Source of the DNA: Octopus vulgaris
Lineage: Eukaryota
Direction: 5' to 3'
NCBI GenBank assembly: GCA_951406725.2
Contig: OX597815.1
Span: 49,042,001 to 49,106,000, forward strand
DNA: 64,000 bases
In this document: piece after piece, positions 42,775 through 56,440 of the stretch
How the letters are laid out: each line of letters starts with the position of its first letter
How positions within the stretch are numbered: the stretch's first letter is position 1
Notes under the pieces: generated by a model
What the model was told of the DNA's origin: nothing
Databases searched by the model: none
What the model saw: the letters and a program-made list of their open reading frames with translations, nothing else
Translations under genes and position numbers: made by a program

Positions 42775-43104
42775 GCGCGTGGCTCAGTGGTTAGAGCGTC
42801 GAGCTTACGATCGTGAGGTTGTGAGCTCGAATCCCGGACCGGGCCGCGTGTTGTGTTCTTGATCAAGACACTTTATTTCACGTTGCTCCAGTTCACTCAG
42901 CTGTAGAAATGAGTTGCGACGTCACAGGTGCCAAGCTGTATCGGCCCTTGCCTTTCCCTTGGACAACATCGGTGCCGTGGAGAGGGGAGGTCGGTATGCG
43001 TGGGCGACTGCTGGTCTTCCATAAAACAACCTTGCCCAGACTTGTGCCTCAGAGGGTAACTCTCTAGGTGCAAACCCATGGTCAGTGTCTGACCGAAGGG
43101 GGTC
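42775..43104 (+). mobile_element. SINE family B, full length
   Basis: tRNA-like head GCGCGTGGCTCAGTGGTTAGAGCG...GCTCGAATCCC; RTE-like body. Confidence 0.88.
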
Positions 43105-43464
43105 ACCATGTGTTTGTGTTTGTGGATGCGGACATTTACAGTACATTGATTTTGTTCTGATACTCTGGCCCACACGCATGGACTCACATACTCACACATA
43201 TATTTGCATACATTTCTTTCTCTCAACCTGTTCTTCTCCAACTTTTCGATAGCATCTCGCTTTCTTTCTGTAACAGGCTATTTTGTAGCCTCTCTTTTTT
43301 CCGCATTATATTTTCATTCTCACAAATATCATCTATAATTTCTTGCCGCGCTCTCTCCCCGATTTGTCTAATTCGTTCAACTCTTTATATATGTCTGTAT
43401 AAATGTATCTATCTACATATGCATGTGTATGTATTCTTATATGTATGTATTATATACAATACCG

Positions 43465-43513
<49 letters not shown>

Positions 43514-43536
43514 TAATAGACACAATACATGTTCTA

Positions 43537-43593
43537 TGTGCTACTAATAGTTTCATGTGTTGAGAAATACCTCAAATATATTCATCAGGTACA
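43537..43593 (-). ncRNA. Minimal type-I hammerhead ribozyme motif
   Basis: UGUAC-CUGAUGA-[AUAUAUUUGAGGUAUUUCUCAACACAU]-GAAA-CUAUUAG-UA-GCACA; intact core and GUA site, with mismatches in stems I and II. Confidence 0.6.
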
Positions 43594-43619
43594 AACCACA
43601 TATACTCACGGAACACTAC

Positions 43620-43663
<44 letters not shown>

Positions 43664-43691
43664 TGGATAGATAGCTAGCTAGCTAGCTAGC

Positions 43692-43769
<78 letters not shown>

Positions 43770-44019
43770 TCACGAAAAACTACGAACGAACAAGGAAATA
43801 TGCAGTAAAATGATATATTGTTCAAACGGTTGTGCACAAGTCTGAACTCTTCATCAGTTGTCAACTGGAAACCATTGCAATTTCGGCGCAATCCACACAC
43901 AAACGCGCGCGCATACATAGGTTTATTTTGTTTGTCGATCTTAGTTTTTCACTCATGTTTATAAATCTATCTCTCTCGCAATATAATCCTCTACCTGCTA
44001 CCCTTTTTCTCAGTCTATT

Positions 44020-44052
<33 letters not shown>

Positions 44053-45804
44053 TTATATCGTTTCTTTCTTTTGCATTTTTTTTTTTTTTTCTCCCGACAT
44101 CTTTCTAACACTGTCTACATCCTTATCTCTCTTTTCTGTCTAACCTCATTTTTCTCACTTTTTTCCTTGCATTCTGTCTTTCTCCTTTATTTCTCTCTAT
44201 AAGTATCTCCTTATATTACTCTTCGTCTTCCTTTATTATTTACATAACTTCTGTTCCTCAGACACGTTTTTTTATTCCCTTCTCCTGCTTTTTCTCAACG
44301 CCACCTCCTCACATAACTTTTTCACTCGCCGTATTTCTTTCTTTATATCTTCTCCACATATTTATATAATTACAGTCACAAAAGCACAACATACTTTTGG
44401 CTCTCCGATGAAAATCAAGTTTCTCGACAAGAATTCATAGAACACCTTTATTATAGCAGAATATTAATTCCCTGAGCATGTCATTTTTCTCCCAATGTCG
44501 CCTTTTGCTAACTTCATCTGCCTCGCATCTCCAGTCCACTTACATCACTCTTCTGATGTCCACATCAGCATACCTCTATTCAGTGAGTTGAATAACACAA
44601 AAGAGCTGCACCCATGCATGTCTTTCAGCAGGCCACCTTGCAATAGCTTTCGAAATAATAATCATACCTGATGCTTATTTTATATTTATTTATTTTGTCC
44701 ATATAAACCTTTTTATTGTATATTTTATGCTACATAATGTCGCGTTTTTATTTATCATTCTAAGAAGGTGTTTGGAGAGGGGAAACAAAGGGAGTTAATA
44801 ATATTCTGCAATTGTGGTTTTTTCCCCCTCCTCTTTTTCAGAATCATTTAATCAATTTATTATCATGTATTTTTCTGTCCATTTCTTGTATTTTCTTTTT
44901 GGCGCAAGAAAAGCCAGTAAAATGTAACTAACTTGTCAATGAGCCCAAGACATTTACTTATAGGAAATTCTGGATAAGCTATACTTATTAATTACAGAGC
45001 ACTAGTACCTGTATATTGATTATTCTATCAGCCTGATAAACACTTTATGCTTTTATTTGTGTTTGTTTCCAATTGCCATATTCTTCGATCGTCTTTTGGG
45101 TGACATATTTATTTGTCTGTTGTTGTATATGCTTTGTTACACGAAACTACCACTGAATAATCCGGATTGCGGCGTAGATTCTATTATTTGAAATAAGTAA
45201 AATAGTTCCAGAGATCGAACCATTGGAAAGATAATGGACTCTGTCAAGATTCGCATACATTGCATACAAACTTATATTCTGATGAACATTCCAGTCGATG
45301 AGGGAAGCTCTAGGTCACTTGATTTCCAACTACCTAGACATGTCCCTCAAATTACACCCGAAATAAGTATATCCCACAATAGAAAATGTAGTGCTGAACC
45401 ACTGAAAATGCGGGATAGTCACGGTTCGATCACTTCTGATTTGGTGACAAACAACACACTACCACCACCACCATGTCATCACCACCACAAACAGCAGCAG
45501 CTACAACAACAGCGGTAAGAACGGCTGCAGTAGCAATAACATTATGTACAAGAAAAACTAGAGGGACATTCACTCCTCGGAAGGCGTTTAAGAGAAATTG
45601 TTTTCTTTAGCACGAATCGTATTTTTACTAACACCTAATGGTGGTGATAGTGCTGTGAGGAGGGTTGTGTATGTGAACACATATCTTTTATCATTTATAG
45701 CCAAAGAAAGTTTTCAATAAGGAAATAGTTATCAGCTTACTGTTGCTATGCGATATTATTATTAAAATAGGGTTAATATACTTAAATGCGGGGAATATCA
45801 AATA

Positions 45805-46158
45805 TTCTTTTATTCTCTTATTTGTTTCAGTCATTTGACTGTGGCTATGCTGGAGTACTGCCTTTAGTCGAACAAATCGACCCCAGGACTTATTTTTATA
45901 AGCCTAGTACTTATTCTATCGGTCTCTTGTCGAACCGCTAGATTTCGGGGATGTAAACATACCAACATCGATTGTCAAACACAGACACACACACACATAC
46001 ACATATAATATACCACAGACTTATTTTAGTTTCCTTCTGCCAAATCCACTCACAAGGCTTTGGTCGGCTCGAGGCTATAGTAGAAGACACTTGCCCAAGG
46101 TGTTATGCAGTGGGACTGAACCCGGAACCATGTGGTTGGTAAGCAAGCTATTTACTAC
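45805..46158 (-). mobile_element. SINE family C, full length
   Basis: Reverse complement of 34643-35042. Confidence 0.85.
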
Positions 46159-46450
46159 GTTAGCGAGAAATAATTATGTGGTAGGATTTAAACAATATTT
46201 ATTGATGGCTCATATAATTTTACTTACATTAGCAAGCACAGAAGATAATCCCTGACAAACCAGGATTCTTATTATGACATCGTCAGCGAAACATCAAATT
46301 CACCGTACTGATATAATAAAGGAAAATCGCCAACCAAAATTAAAAGCATTGAATTATTTTCTTTCTCTTAAATATAAAACTCACACACAAACAGGTTTCA
46401 GCCGTTACGTCTTTACTTTGTCATAACTAAACCGACAAGTTTTCCCTTTT

Positions 46451-47022
46451 TTAAGTGGAAGAGAACTGGCTGCTATTTCTAGCAGGCCAAGCAACTTCGT
46501 AGATGCTATTTCGTTGGCTCATACGACGTTGCCCATTCTGGCTGTCGATATTCTTTATTGATTTTAATGGACTATTCCAGATACGGTGCTTTAGAGGGCT
46601 CTGTAATTTTCTCTCTTTCAGCTTCCTTTTAATGGTCCTCAAGCTATGACCTTTATCGTAGAGGGGAAATAATCTTTTGGTTTTGGGGAGAGAACACAAG
46701 TGTCCACTTCCTTTAGTAGCAGACATCAAACCAAAAATAGATGCAAACCTTTTAACTATCGAATTACTTAAACAAAAATGTTAAACACTAAAAGTAAATC
46801 ATAATTGAAGTGAAGGCAAAGAGTCAAGACGGAGAGATACTAAGCTTACAGAAATAAAACAACTTACAAATAAAAAATATAAAGGAAAAATACCTTATAT
46901 AACTCAAGAAACCAAACTATAATCGGGGAAAAAATCAATCTGATTTCTACATTGGTCATTAGCTTTCTGTTAATTCAAGAATTTTTCAGGTGCTCCATAA
47001 TTTTTGATCGGTTAATTTTACA
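46451..47022 (-). pseudogene. Tc1-like transposon 5' relic
   Basis: HTH-like LYDKGHSLRTIKRKLKE...STVSGIVH; TIR-like GATCAAAAATTATGGAGCACC near 46989-47009. Confidence 0.4.
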
Positions 47023-47399
47023 TAGTTTGGCTTAGTTCTCTGTCGAAGGACCTTACTGAGATTAACAGTTACAGATATTATAAATAATTGGAATGGCAAA
47101 GAGGAAAGAACGTGTTGGTGGATTATAAGATAGATTAGCAGCCCTGAAAGAGGCACAGTGCGTTTACTAAGTTACTATGGTTCTGTACTACTTTTTCGCA
47201 TGCTTTCAGATGTATGGGGGCGTGCGCGCGTGTGCATGCGTACGCGTATGTGATTAGGAAGCTCGCCTTTGCAATCACTGGTTTCAGGTTCAGTTCACTG
47301 TGTGGTACCTTGAATTAGATACTTCTACTTTAGCTCCTAACCGACCAATGGATTGTGAATGAAATTGCTAGATGGGAACTGTGTGGAAGCCCATCGTAT

Positions 47400-47630
47400 A
47401 CCTATTTCTTTACTACCCACAAGGGACTAAACACAGAGGGGACAAACAAGGACAGACAAACGGATTAAGTCGATTACATCGACCCCAGTGCGTAACTGGT
47501 ACTTAATTTATCGACCCCGAAAGGATGAAAGGCAAAGTCGAACTCGGCGGAATTTGAACTCAGAACGTAACGGCAGATGAAATACGGCTACGCATTTCGC
47601 CCGGCGTGCTAACGTTTCTGCCAGCTCGCC
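47400..47630 (-). mobile_element. Young SINE family A nested in a family C copy (47245-47865), 11-bp TSD
   Basis: GCCCATCGTAT at 47389-47399 and 47628-47638. Confidence 0.92.
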
Positions 47631-48574
47631 CATCGTATGTGTATGTGTGTGTGTGTGTGTCTTTGTATCTGTGCTTACTCACGCTCCTTCACCGCCTGAC
47701 AGTTGGTGTTTGTTTGTGTCTTCTTAAGGGTTCGGTGAAAGAGACAGATAAAAAAAAGAACACCAGATATTAAAATTCAGTTCTGGTGCCAATCTCTACG
47801 ACTAAAACCCTTCAAAGCAGTGCTCCAACTTAGCCGCGATACAATAACTAAAACAAGTAAAAAGAAATCTATCTATCTGTCTGTCTATCTATGTGTCAAT
47901 CCCGCTGCATGATACCCTGGGCAAGTGACTTCTATAGCCTCGAGCCGATTAAAATACTGCGAGCAGATTTGGTGGATGGAAACTAAAAGAAACCTCCGTG
48001 TGTGTCCTTCACCACTGATTGACAACCGGTGTTGATGTGCTTATGTCCCCGTAACTTACCTGTGGGGCAAAAATAACCGACAGAATAAGTACCCGGCTTA
48101 AAAAATAACTACATAGGTCGATTCATTCAACAAAAAATTCTTCAAGCTGGTGCTCCAGCATGGCCGCAGTCTAACGGTTGAAACAAGATAAAAAATAAAA
48201 GATACCATTTAGAAACATTTAAAAAAACAACATTGCATTGTTTCGAAACTTCACTACTGCCTGGTGATTGGTTACTTGAAACTCGAGCTTCTTTCTTTTT
48301 CCGTCTATTAAATCCTCTCCCAAGATTTTAGTTAACCTGGAGCTATAGAAGAAGATACCTGCCCAAAGTGCCACCCAATGGGACGGAACCCGGAATCATG
48401 AGGTTGTGAAGCAAGCTTCTTACCAGTCAGCCACACAGTGGCTTTTAAACAGTTTTTAGACGCGCGTTGATTTGTTTGTTTGTTTTTTGTTTTTCTTCTA
48501 ATGAATTATGTATCCTTTCTTTGCAGGTACATGTATGAATTTATAGTTTCTCTCTCGTTAATTGCAACTTTTAT

Positions 48575-49590
48575 CTGATGAAAACTCAGCAACGAAACCT
48601 ATCGGGGAAAAGTTGATGAATTTACACGAAGGCAATTCATCGGCTTGCATCAATGTGGCAAGTCCAATCGGAAAACAGTTCAATTTTTCGGTATTATTAA
48701 TATATCAGTATCTGAATTGAGTAAAAACTCTGCTGCGTAATGAAAAGATCAGGAAGGCTACAAATAGTTTCTGAAGAGACAAAGAGGGCAGTTGATAAGT
48801 TATTAAACTTCGACATGCAAGTTCTATGGGTGTAAACGAAATTATACAAGAAAGAAGTTAGTGGTTTCAAAAGCTAAGAAGGTCAAATGGTTCAGCAACT
48901 CTGAGTTCTGCAACATGGAAGACGAGTTTTAGTCGTCTGACAAAAGCACATTCTGCCAGTTTTCTAATTCAAGGCAGATACATGGTGTAACAAAATTAAA
49001 TTATAGAGCTGGATTGTTTACAAGGAAGAGTTAAACATAAATAAACAAGAAGGAAGAAATTTGGGCGATAGGTAGACCGGATCACATTTTTGTTGAAAAT
49101 CATTTCAAGGACGCAAAGTACTATCAAATACTTGAAAAGTGCCTACAACTTATCTAATCCAAAGTTGAAGCTGATGAGATCCTTCTTTTTGAAAAACATG
49201 GAGCCACATAGAAGAAACTCACGGAATCAAATGTCTAAAAATGCCTCGACTGGAAACATTTAGATAATAGGATGCGGAGCAAGACCGTCTAAAATTACAT
49301 TAATGACAGAGCTGAAAGAAACATTCACCGAGGAATAGAGTAACGTGTACCAAGTTAAGGGGACGTTCTGAGTTCAAATTCCGCCGAGGTCGACTTTAGG
49401 GGTCGATAAATTAAGTACCAGTTACGTACTGGGTCGATGTAATCGACTTAATCCGTTTGTCTGTCCTTGTTTGTCTCCTCAATGTTTAGCCCCTTGTGAG
49501 CAATAAAGAGATAAGCGTGTACCAAGCTGTCATTGATAATATAATCAAACCTAATCGGGTGGGCCTACAAGATACTGAGTTCATCTTTCA
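48575..49590 (+). pseudogene. Decayed Tc1-like transposase, interrupted by a SINE
   Basis: GKVDEFTRRQFIGLHQCG..., KDAKYYQILEKCL...LLFEKHGA, LKETFTEE*SNVYQAVIDNIIK; resembles Tc1 DD34E transposases. Confidence 0.6.
49355..49515 (+). mobile_element. 5'-truncated SINE family A with an 11-bp TSD
   Basis: CGTGTACCAAG at 49344-49354 and 49516-49526. Confidence 0.85.
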
Positions 49591-49726
49591 TTTATAACGA
49601 GAGTTTCATTACCTTGGCTATAAATAAATAAATAAATAAATAAATTAATTAATTAATTAATAAATTTATTATGTATTTGTGTGTGTGATGGATATACATA
49701 TATACTCATATGCATATGCCTGTATA

Positions 49727-50226
49727 CGAGAATTCGTCCCCCAGAGCCAGACCGTCAATCGAGAGTTCTTACTGCCACGTTTTTAAGCGTTTGAGGGAGG
49801 ACATTCGGTGAAAGCGACCGGAGCTATGAAACGCTAGGAATTGAACTTCTCATGACGACAATGCACCCTGTCACCGAGCTCTCCACACTCGTGAGTTTCT
49901 CGCCAAAATCAACATGGTATCGCTTTCGCACCCACCCTATACGCCAGATTTCACACCTGCGGACTTCCATCTCTTCCCCAAGATCAAAATGCAGCTCAAA
50001 GGTTGCTGTTTAAACACTGTTTTCGAGATCCAGAACGAATTGCAGAAGGTCCTCAACTCGCTTACAGAACACGACTTCCAGGCCGGATTCCAAAAGTGGC
50101 AGGAATGCTAGGACTGACGTATTGCTGCGCAAGGTGACTATTTCAAAGATGATGCTAAAACTTAGGTAAACAAGTTATATTTTATCAAACATAATTAGTC
50201 CGGGAACTATTTGATACCGCCTCATA
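49727..50226 (+). pseudogene. Third mariner: 3' transposase fragment plus TIR
   Basis: EFVPQSQTVN, HDDNAPCH, HPPYTPDFTPADFHLFPKIK...FQKWQEC; TIR-like GTCCGGGAACTATTTGATACCGCCTCATA. Confidence 0.88.
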
Positions 50227-50313
50227 CGTATATATATGAGCGCGTGGCCTGCATGAGCGTATATGTGCGTGTGCGGTATATGTATGTATTTGTGTGTATG
50301 TGTGTGTGTGAGT

Positions 50314-50419
<106 letters not shown>

Positions 50420-50773
50420 GTTTATAGCTAAGAAGCAACTGCAGCATACTGTGCGAATAATGATTAAAACATCTAGATTTCTCGAGAATTGAGCTAAATA
50501 TTCCATATTTTTTTTTATGTAGTATATTTGAGATTCACTTCATTCCGTTCTTGAATTCAAACAGACATAAACTCATAACCTTTGATGCCTACTGAGTCGT
50601 TGTTTCCCTTACGGTTTTTATATATCTACACATGCACGCACACACACACACACATTACTCTTAGATTTTTTCAATTGAAAAGGGAGTTTCAACGCAATAT
50701 TTCTATACTATTCCTTATAGTACATCGAGATCCAATGTCAATATGTGTGTGTATGTCTGAATATATATGTATC

Positions 50774-50834
<61 letters not shown>

Positions 50835-50858
50835 CATGTATATATATATATTTGTATG

Positions 50859-50928
<70 letters not shown>

Positions 50929-50949
50929 TATATACATATATATATATAT

Positions 50950-50997
<48 letters not shown>

Positions 50998-52515
50998 TTG
51001 TATGTATGTATCTAGATACATGTATATAAGAATTTTCGCTTAACTGCACACTCGATGGCATACAGTCATCTACACAGATTTATTCCGATAAGGCGTTGTC
51101 CTGCTTTTGCTCTTGATAATACAAACCTGTTTAACCAAGTTTAACTTCATAACATCGCATAAGTGAATGTTATACACTTCATTCTTGGTTTCCATAGCCC
51201 ATTTGGCGAAGGAAATATTTGTTGAGGAAACATATCCGGGAGTAGGCGGTTTGTCTGGAATTTATGAGGAGGAAATTTTTTAGGATAGAATTTTAATATG
51301 TTGAGGATATGCTCTTTGTTGGATGCTTTCAAGTAGAATGATTATGTATATTCTTTTTCATGTATATGTAAATAATATACATTCTCATACAAACATACGT
51401 AGTCTGCTATTTCTGACATTGATTGTAAACATTGCCCGAGAATAGAGAATAAACGACTGATTGTGGTTATTTGTTGTCTTTGCACTGATTTTCGACATGT
51501 TGCGAGTTCATATAACGTCTCAAGACGACTTTACCTTTCATCTTTCTATGGTGCTAATAAGCACCTATTTGTTGTTGTTTGAGCCCCAAGTCAACCTTAC
51601 TTCAGTCAATCCATCTTCTGTTCCTGACGCTCCTAGTTGTTATTTCATACAGCACCTTATAAAAGTCATGTAGATGGCTCAGATCTTCTATGCAAATCCA
51701 TCACAAACACATTCACTTTGTATGAAAATAAATCGTTATTCCAAAGTTGTGACTGCTGTGTGGATGGTAGTTATAGTTGTATAGTGCCGCCAGATCGGCC
51801 ATGATCGCGCATATCTATGACCAAAGGCGTGCCATATAGACCTTGCTGTCTTTTTGTATATCTACGACTACAATTCAGCTACCATTTCCCTGTAGGGAGA
51901 ATATCTACTAAAAGATTTCCTTGTCAATTCGACTTGAAGTTGATAATGCTGAAGGTGGTGGATTGGCAGACACAGCAGATTGTTTCAGGATTTCAAACCC
52001 AACTGTAGTGGGATTAGTTTTATTAACGTTCATTTATTTACAAACTATTCAAAGGACGAGTGACGCATATAAACATACGCGTATCTATACACTTAGATGC
52101 AGTATGTCTGTAATATCGATGTGCCACAATTCGGTGACTGCATAAAAAGCAGCAGGCAGAAAAAGTTTTGGTCATTCCAGAGAGTAGCAATCCTGAAGCG
52201 GAATGAAACACTACATTTCTGATGGAGAAGCTGACAAAATAAATGACATTTATATAAATATAAAACCAATCGAGTATAAAAAAGAAAATTTATAAACTTT
52301 TGGCCAAGAAACAATTTAAGAAACCATTATTTCAAATTTCCTGAGCATCTGTGACTGTAAGTGAGCATTACAAGTTAAGATTAATCAGCCGAAATTGCGA
52401 GGATGATCCAGTTCTTGACTGAGGATAAAAAGCTTCGAATGACCCGTCCTTGTTTTTTGTATCGTCTATCTGGATGTTTTGCGTTCTTGTCCCATTATAT
52501 ATATATATATATATA

Positions 52516-53236
52516 TGTAACGATAAAGATTAATTTTATAACAGTTGAAATTTAATTGCAACGGCATGTTATAAAATGTGAAAGATGAACAATGCATGAA
52601 GTTTTAAGGAAAATATTTATTTTACCGTTACAATGTATATAATACCTTGCCTCGACGGGCAGGTGATAAAATCCCAAACCTTGCGAAGTAAAGATAGATG
52701 CATATTTTCCTTGTATAGTTTGTGTTTGCGTTCTCGTCGTTGTGTAATAGTAATTACAGATAGAGATGGAGTGATGTTGTAAGAGAAAATAAAGTGAGCT
52801 AGTAAGAGTAAGAGAGTGTAGGACGAAACAACTGCTTCGTTGGTGAGTTACCATGGTTGTCGATGTTGTGCCCTTGTCTTTAGAGACGGCGTTTTGTTTA
52901 GCCGGTCAGCTAGACTCCGTTCTCATTAACTTACTGAGTTATCACTAACTGACTTTTGCTTGGGGGTTCTTGCTTTTATAACTATCCAGAAGGATAGATA
53001 AATTGTTGAGAACAATGGATTTTCTTGGTGGTCTGTGATATCCTAATTCTAGCTTTTGGTGAAATAGAAGGGTCATATGGCAAAGACATTATTTTGCTTA
53101 GCTAGGGCATCTAGCAGATGTAAACTGCTGTCACGGAAAAAGTATGTTTTGCTGTGAGAAAAGTTCTGTTGAAGTGTTAATTTAAATTTAGCTATCTAGA
53201 ATCGAAATCTGCTTCATGCCTGCATGATCCACTACA
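52516..53236. mobile_element. Possible solo LTR inserted in (TA)n
   Basis: ~720-bp complex block with TGTA...TACA termini and TA repeats on both sides; no internal domain. Confidence 0.4.
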
Positions 53237-53840
53237 TATATATATGTGACTCCGAGGAGGCTATAGGATGTTGCACAGGCACTCAGCTTTGAGTGTACTA
53301 TTTTTTATAGCAGAAACATCTGTTAACCACTAAACGTAACTGTGTGTATGTGAGTGTGTGTGTGTGTGTGTGTTGTACGCGCGCGCGTAGTTATGTTTTT
53401 AGAGCTCGCTTGCGAATAACAACAGAATATTTACGGATAGTGTGATTTGACCCAGGAAGGTTAGATTTTCAGTAAAGATCAGTTTGGTTAGAATTATTTT
53501 ATTCTTAATTAGTTAGAGAAGACACTCAAAGCAAAGAACCTTCGTTCAAAATCAACACGGTATCCCTTATTAAGTACATGTGCGTGTATTACCCATATAA
53601 TGCGTATGTGCGTCTGTCAATTTTAATTGAGTGAATCCTTCCACTAATTGGTTTCTGACTATCTATCTATCTCTATATATACACACATATATATTCGCAT
53701 ACACATATATATATTCGCATACACATATATGCACACACATATATATACACATATACATACACATACGTATATACGCATATATATACGCACACACATATAT
53801 ACATATGTATTACGTATATATATACACATATATACGTATA

Positions 53841-53892
<52 letters not shown>

Positions 53893-53917
53893 GACATATA
53901 TATACATATACCTATAC

Positions 53918-53975
<58 letters not shown>

Positions 53976-53977
53976 GT

Positions 53978-54023
<46 letters not shown>

Positions 54024-54039
54024 GTATACATATATATAT

Positions 54040-54802
54040 AGGTATACATGCTTAAATTCAAATTTAAAATAAGACCCCCTATGGTCTTACCACTAAGAAA
54101 GGAATGTTCTCAAGAAAATTTAGCAAACGTCAGAACATAAGCGAGCAAGACAAATGAAAAGATGCAAGATATACAGATTAATCACAAACCCGGTTTCGTT
54201 GTTACTACTTACGTAATCACTTCCGTAGATTTCCGCAACTCGTCAGTGTGATCATCATGGCAAAATATAATTTGAAGAACTATACACGAACGTCCGCATG
54301 AGATTGAAGAAGTATATAGTTCTAATTACATTTGGGGTTATATTTCAAAAGTCTTCGTTTTGGAGCGCCAAAATACCGGAAATAATTCTGCAGAAAATTC
54401 GGCAGTGAATTTTATCCGTTAGAGAGCATAGTTATTAAAATTAAAATTTTAAATAATAAGGATGGAAAATTGAATATTAATTTAATTAATATCAATTTAA
54501 AACCAGTGCTCTAGCATATAGAAAAAACTGAAGATTCAGAAAAATTATATTGCATACATATAAGAGGGATGACCTCTAAGTGGACATCTAGTATGCCAGA
54601 AGTCGACCCCCTATGGTCTTACCACTAAGAAAGGAATGTTAGCAAATACCAGAACGTAAACTAGCAAAACAAATGAAAAGATACAAAATATACAGATTAA
54701 TCACAAACCCGATTTCGTTGTTACCACTTACATAACAACTTACGACTTCTAGCATAATGGAAGTCCACTTAGTGGTCATCCCTCTTATATGTATGTAATA
54801 TA
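54040..54802 (-). mobile_element. Non-autonomous Penelope/retrozyme-like element with direct and inverted repeats and a hammerhead
   Basis: Direct repeats 54073-54216/54605-54735; inverted repeats 54546-54605/54743-54802; hammerhead 54181-54252; (TA)n on both sides. Confidence 0.7.
54181..54252 (-). ncRNA. Type-I hammerhead ribozyme motif
   Basis: AUCACA-CUGACGA-GUUG[...]CAAC-GAAA-CCGGG-UU-UGUGAU: 6-bp stem I, intact core, 4-bp closing stem II, short palindromic stem III. Confidence 0.75.
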
Positions 54803-54851
54803 CGTATACATATATATACATACGTATACATATATATATATATATACATAT

Positions 54852-54882
<31 letters not shown>

Positions 54883-55108
54883 CATATATATATGTATACA
54901 TACATATATATATATACATATATACATATATATACATATACATATATATATACATATACATATATGCATATATATATATATACATATATATATATACATA
55001 TACATATACATATATACGTATACACACACACATATATATATACATATGCATATATATGTATGCATATATATATATATATATATATATACGTATACATATA
55101 TATACGTT

Positions 55109-55150
<42 letters not shown>

Positions 55151-55769
55151 TATACATATATATACGCATACATATATATATACACATATATATATACATA
55201 TATACACATATACACACACACACACACTCACACACACATACACACACATATATATATATATACGTATATGTTTGCATGTAAGAATATATATGAAGTTTTG
55301 CGAGTATGCATATATGCAATACGCTTGTATGTTTGTATGTCTGGATGGATGGATGGATTGATATATGTATGTACCTGTGTATTCAATAACAAAAAAGTAT
55401 TCTCTATATTTATCCTAGGGCATTCCTTCCTACGGACGGCATTGCATATTGTTTTAGCAATGTATGTATGTATGTATGTATGTATGTATGTATGTATGTA
55501 TGTATGTATGTATGTATGTATGTATGTATGTGCATATCCGAGAGACGGAGAGAGAGAGAGAGAGAGACGTGTATGTGTATATGAGTATTTGTAAGTGTTT
55601 ATATGTTTTCGTCTAATTGACTTGGAAATAAAGTAAAAACAAGTTTGTTTTTTTTCCCAGTAACAACAAACGAATTTTCTGTTTAAAAGCTCGGGAAAAT
55701 GAAATAAAATATGAAGACAGTTAAGCCTGAAATCAAGGAACTGAGGGGAAACATGTTGCTGTTATTGTT

Positions 55770-56440
55770 GCTATGGTCATGGTGGTGGTGGCGGTGATTA
55801 TATAATAGCGGGTGGTGGTGTTGTTGTTGTTGGTGGTGGTGATATACACAGTGGTAGTAAGGATGGTGGTGCTGAGGAAAGTGGTGGTAGTGTTGGCGAT
55901 GGCATTGTGAGGGGAATGGGGGTGGAGGTGGTGTTGATGGTGGTGGCAGTGTAGGTGGCGGTAGCGGCGGTGGTGGTGGTGATTGTGGAAGCGGTGGTGG
56001 TGGTGGTTTTGGTTGTGCCAGTGGTGGTGATACGAGTTGTAGTGTTTAGTGATGGTTGATGACCGTGGTAGCGATGGCGGGGTGGTAGTTATGATGGCGA
56101 TGTTGAAGGCAGAGTTGGTGACGATGGTGGTGGCGGTGGTGAAGACGGTGCTTGTGATGGTGATGACAGTAGTGGTGGAAATTGTGAGTGGTATGGCAAT
56201 GGTAAGGGTTTTGGTTTAGGAATGTGGTGGTGGTAGAAGTTGTAGTAGTTGGTGGTTGTTTATGTCGTATAATGGCGATGGTGGTATTCGTGGAAGTGTT
56301 TAGTGTTGATGGTTGTGATAGAAATGCTGTTTTTTTTGTTTGAGTGGTGCTGGAAGTGAGAAGGAAAGTATTGATGGCGGTGGTGGTGGTGGTAGTGGTG
56401 GTGATGAAGATGATAATAATGATAGTGGTGATGATGAGAC
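55770..56440. repeat. (GGT)n-rich low-complexity tract
   Basis: Direct reading. Confidence 0.88.

Noticed and set aside
42775-42845. tRNA-like cloverleaf with A/B boxes
   Set aside because: SINE head continuing into the SINE body; the acceptor stem does not close
48576-48600. CTGATGA...CGAAAC hammerhead-like motif
   Set aside because: No stem II or stem I pairing; it coincides with the start of the Tc1 relic
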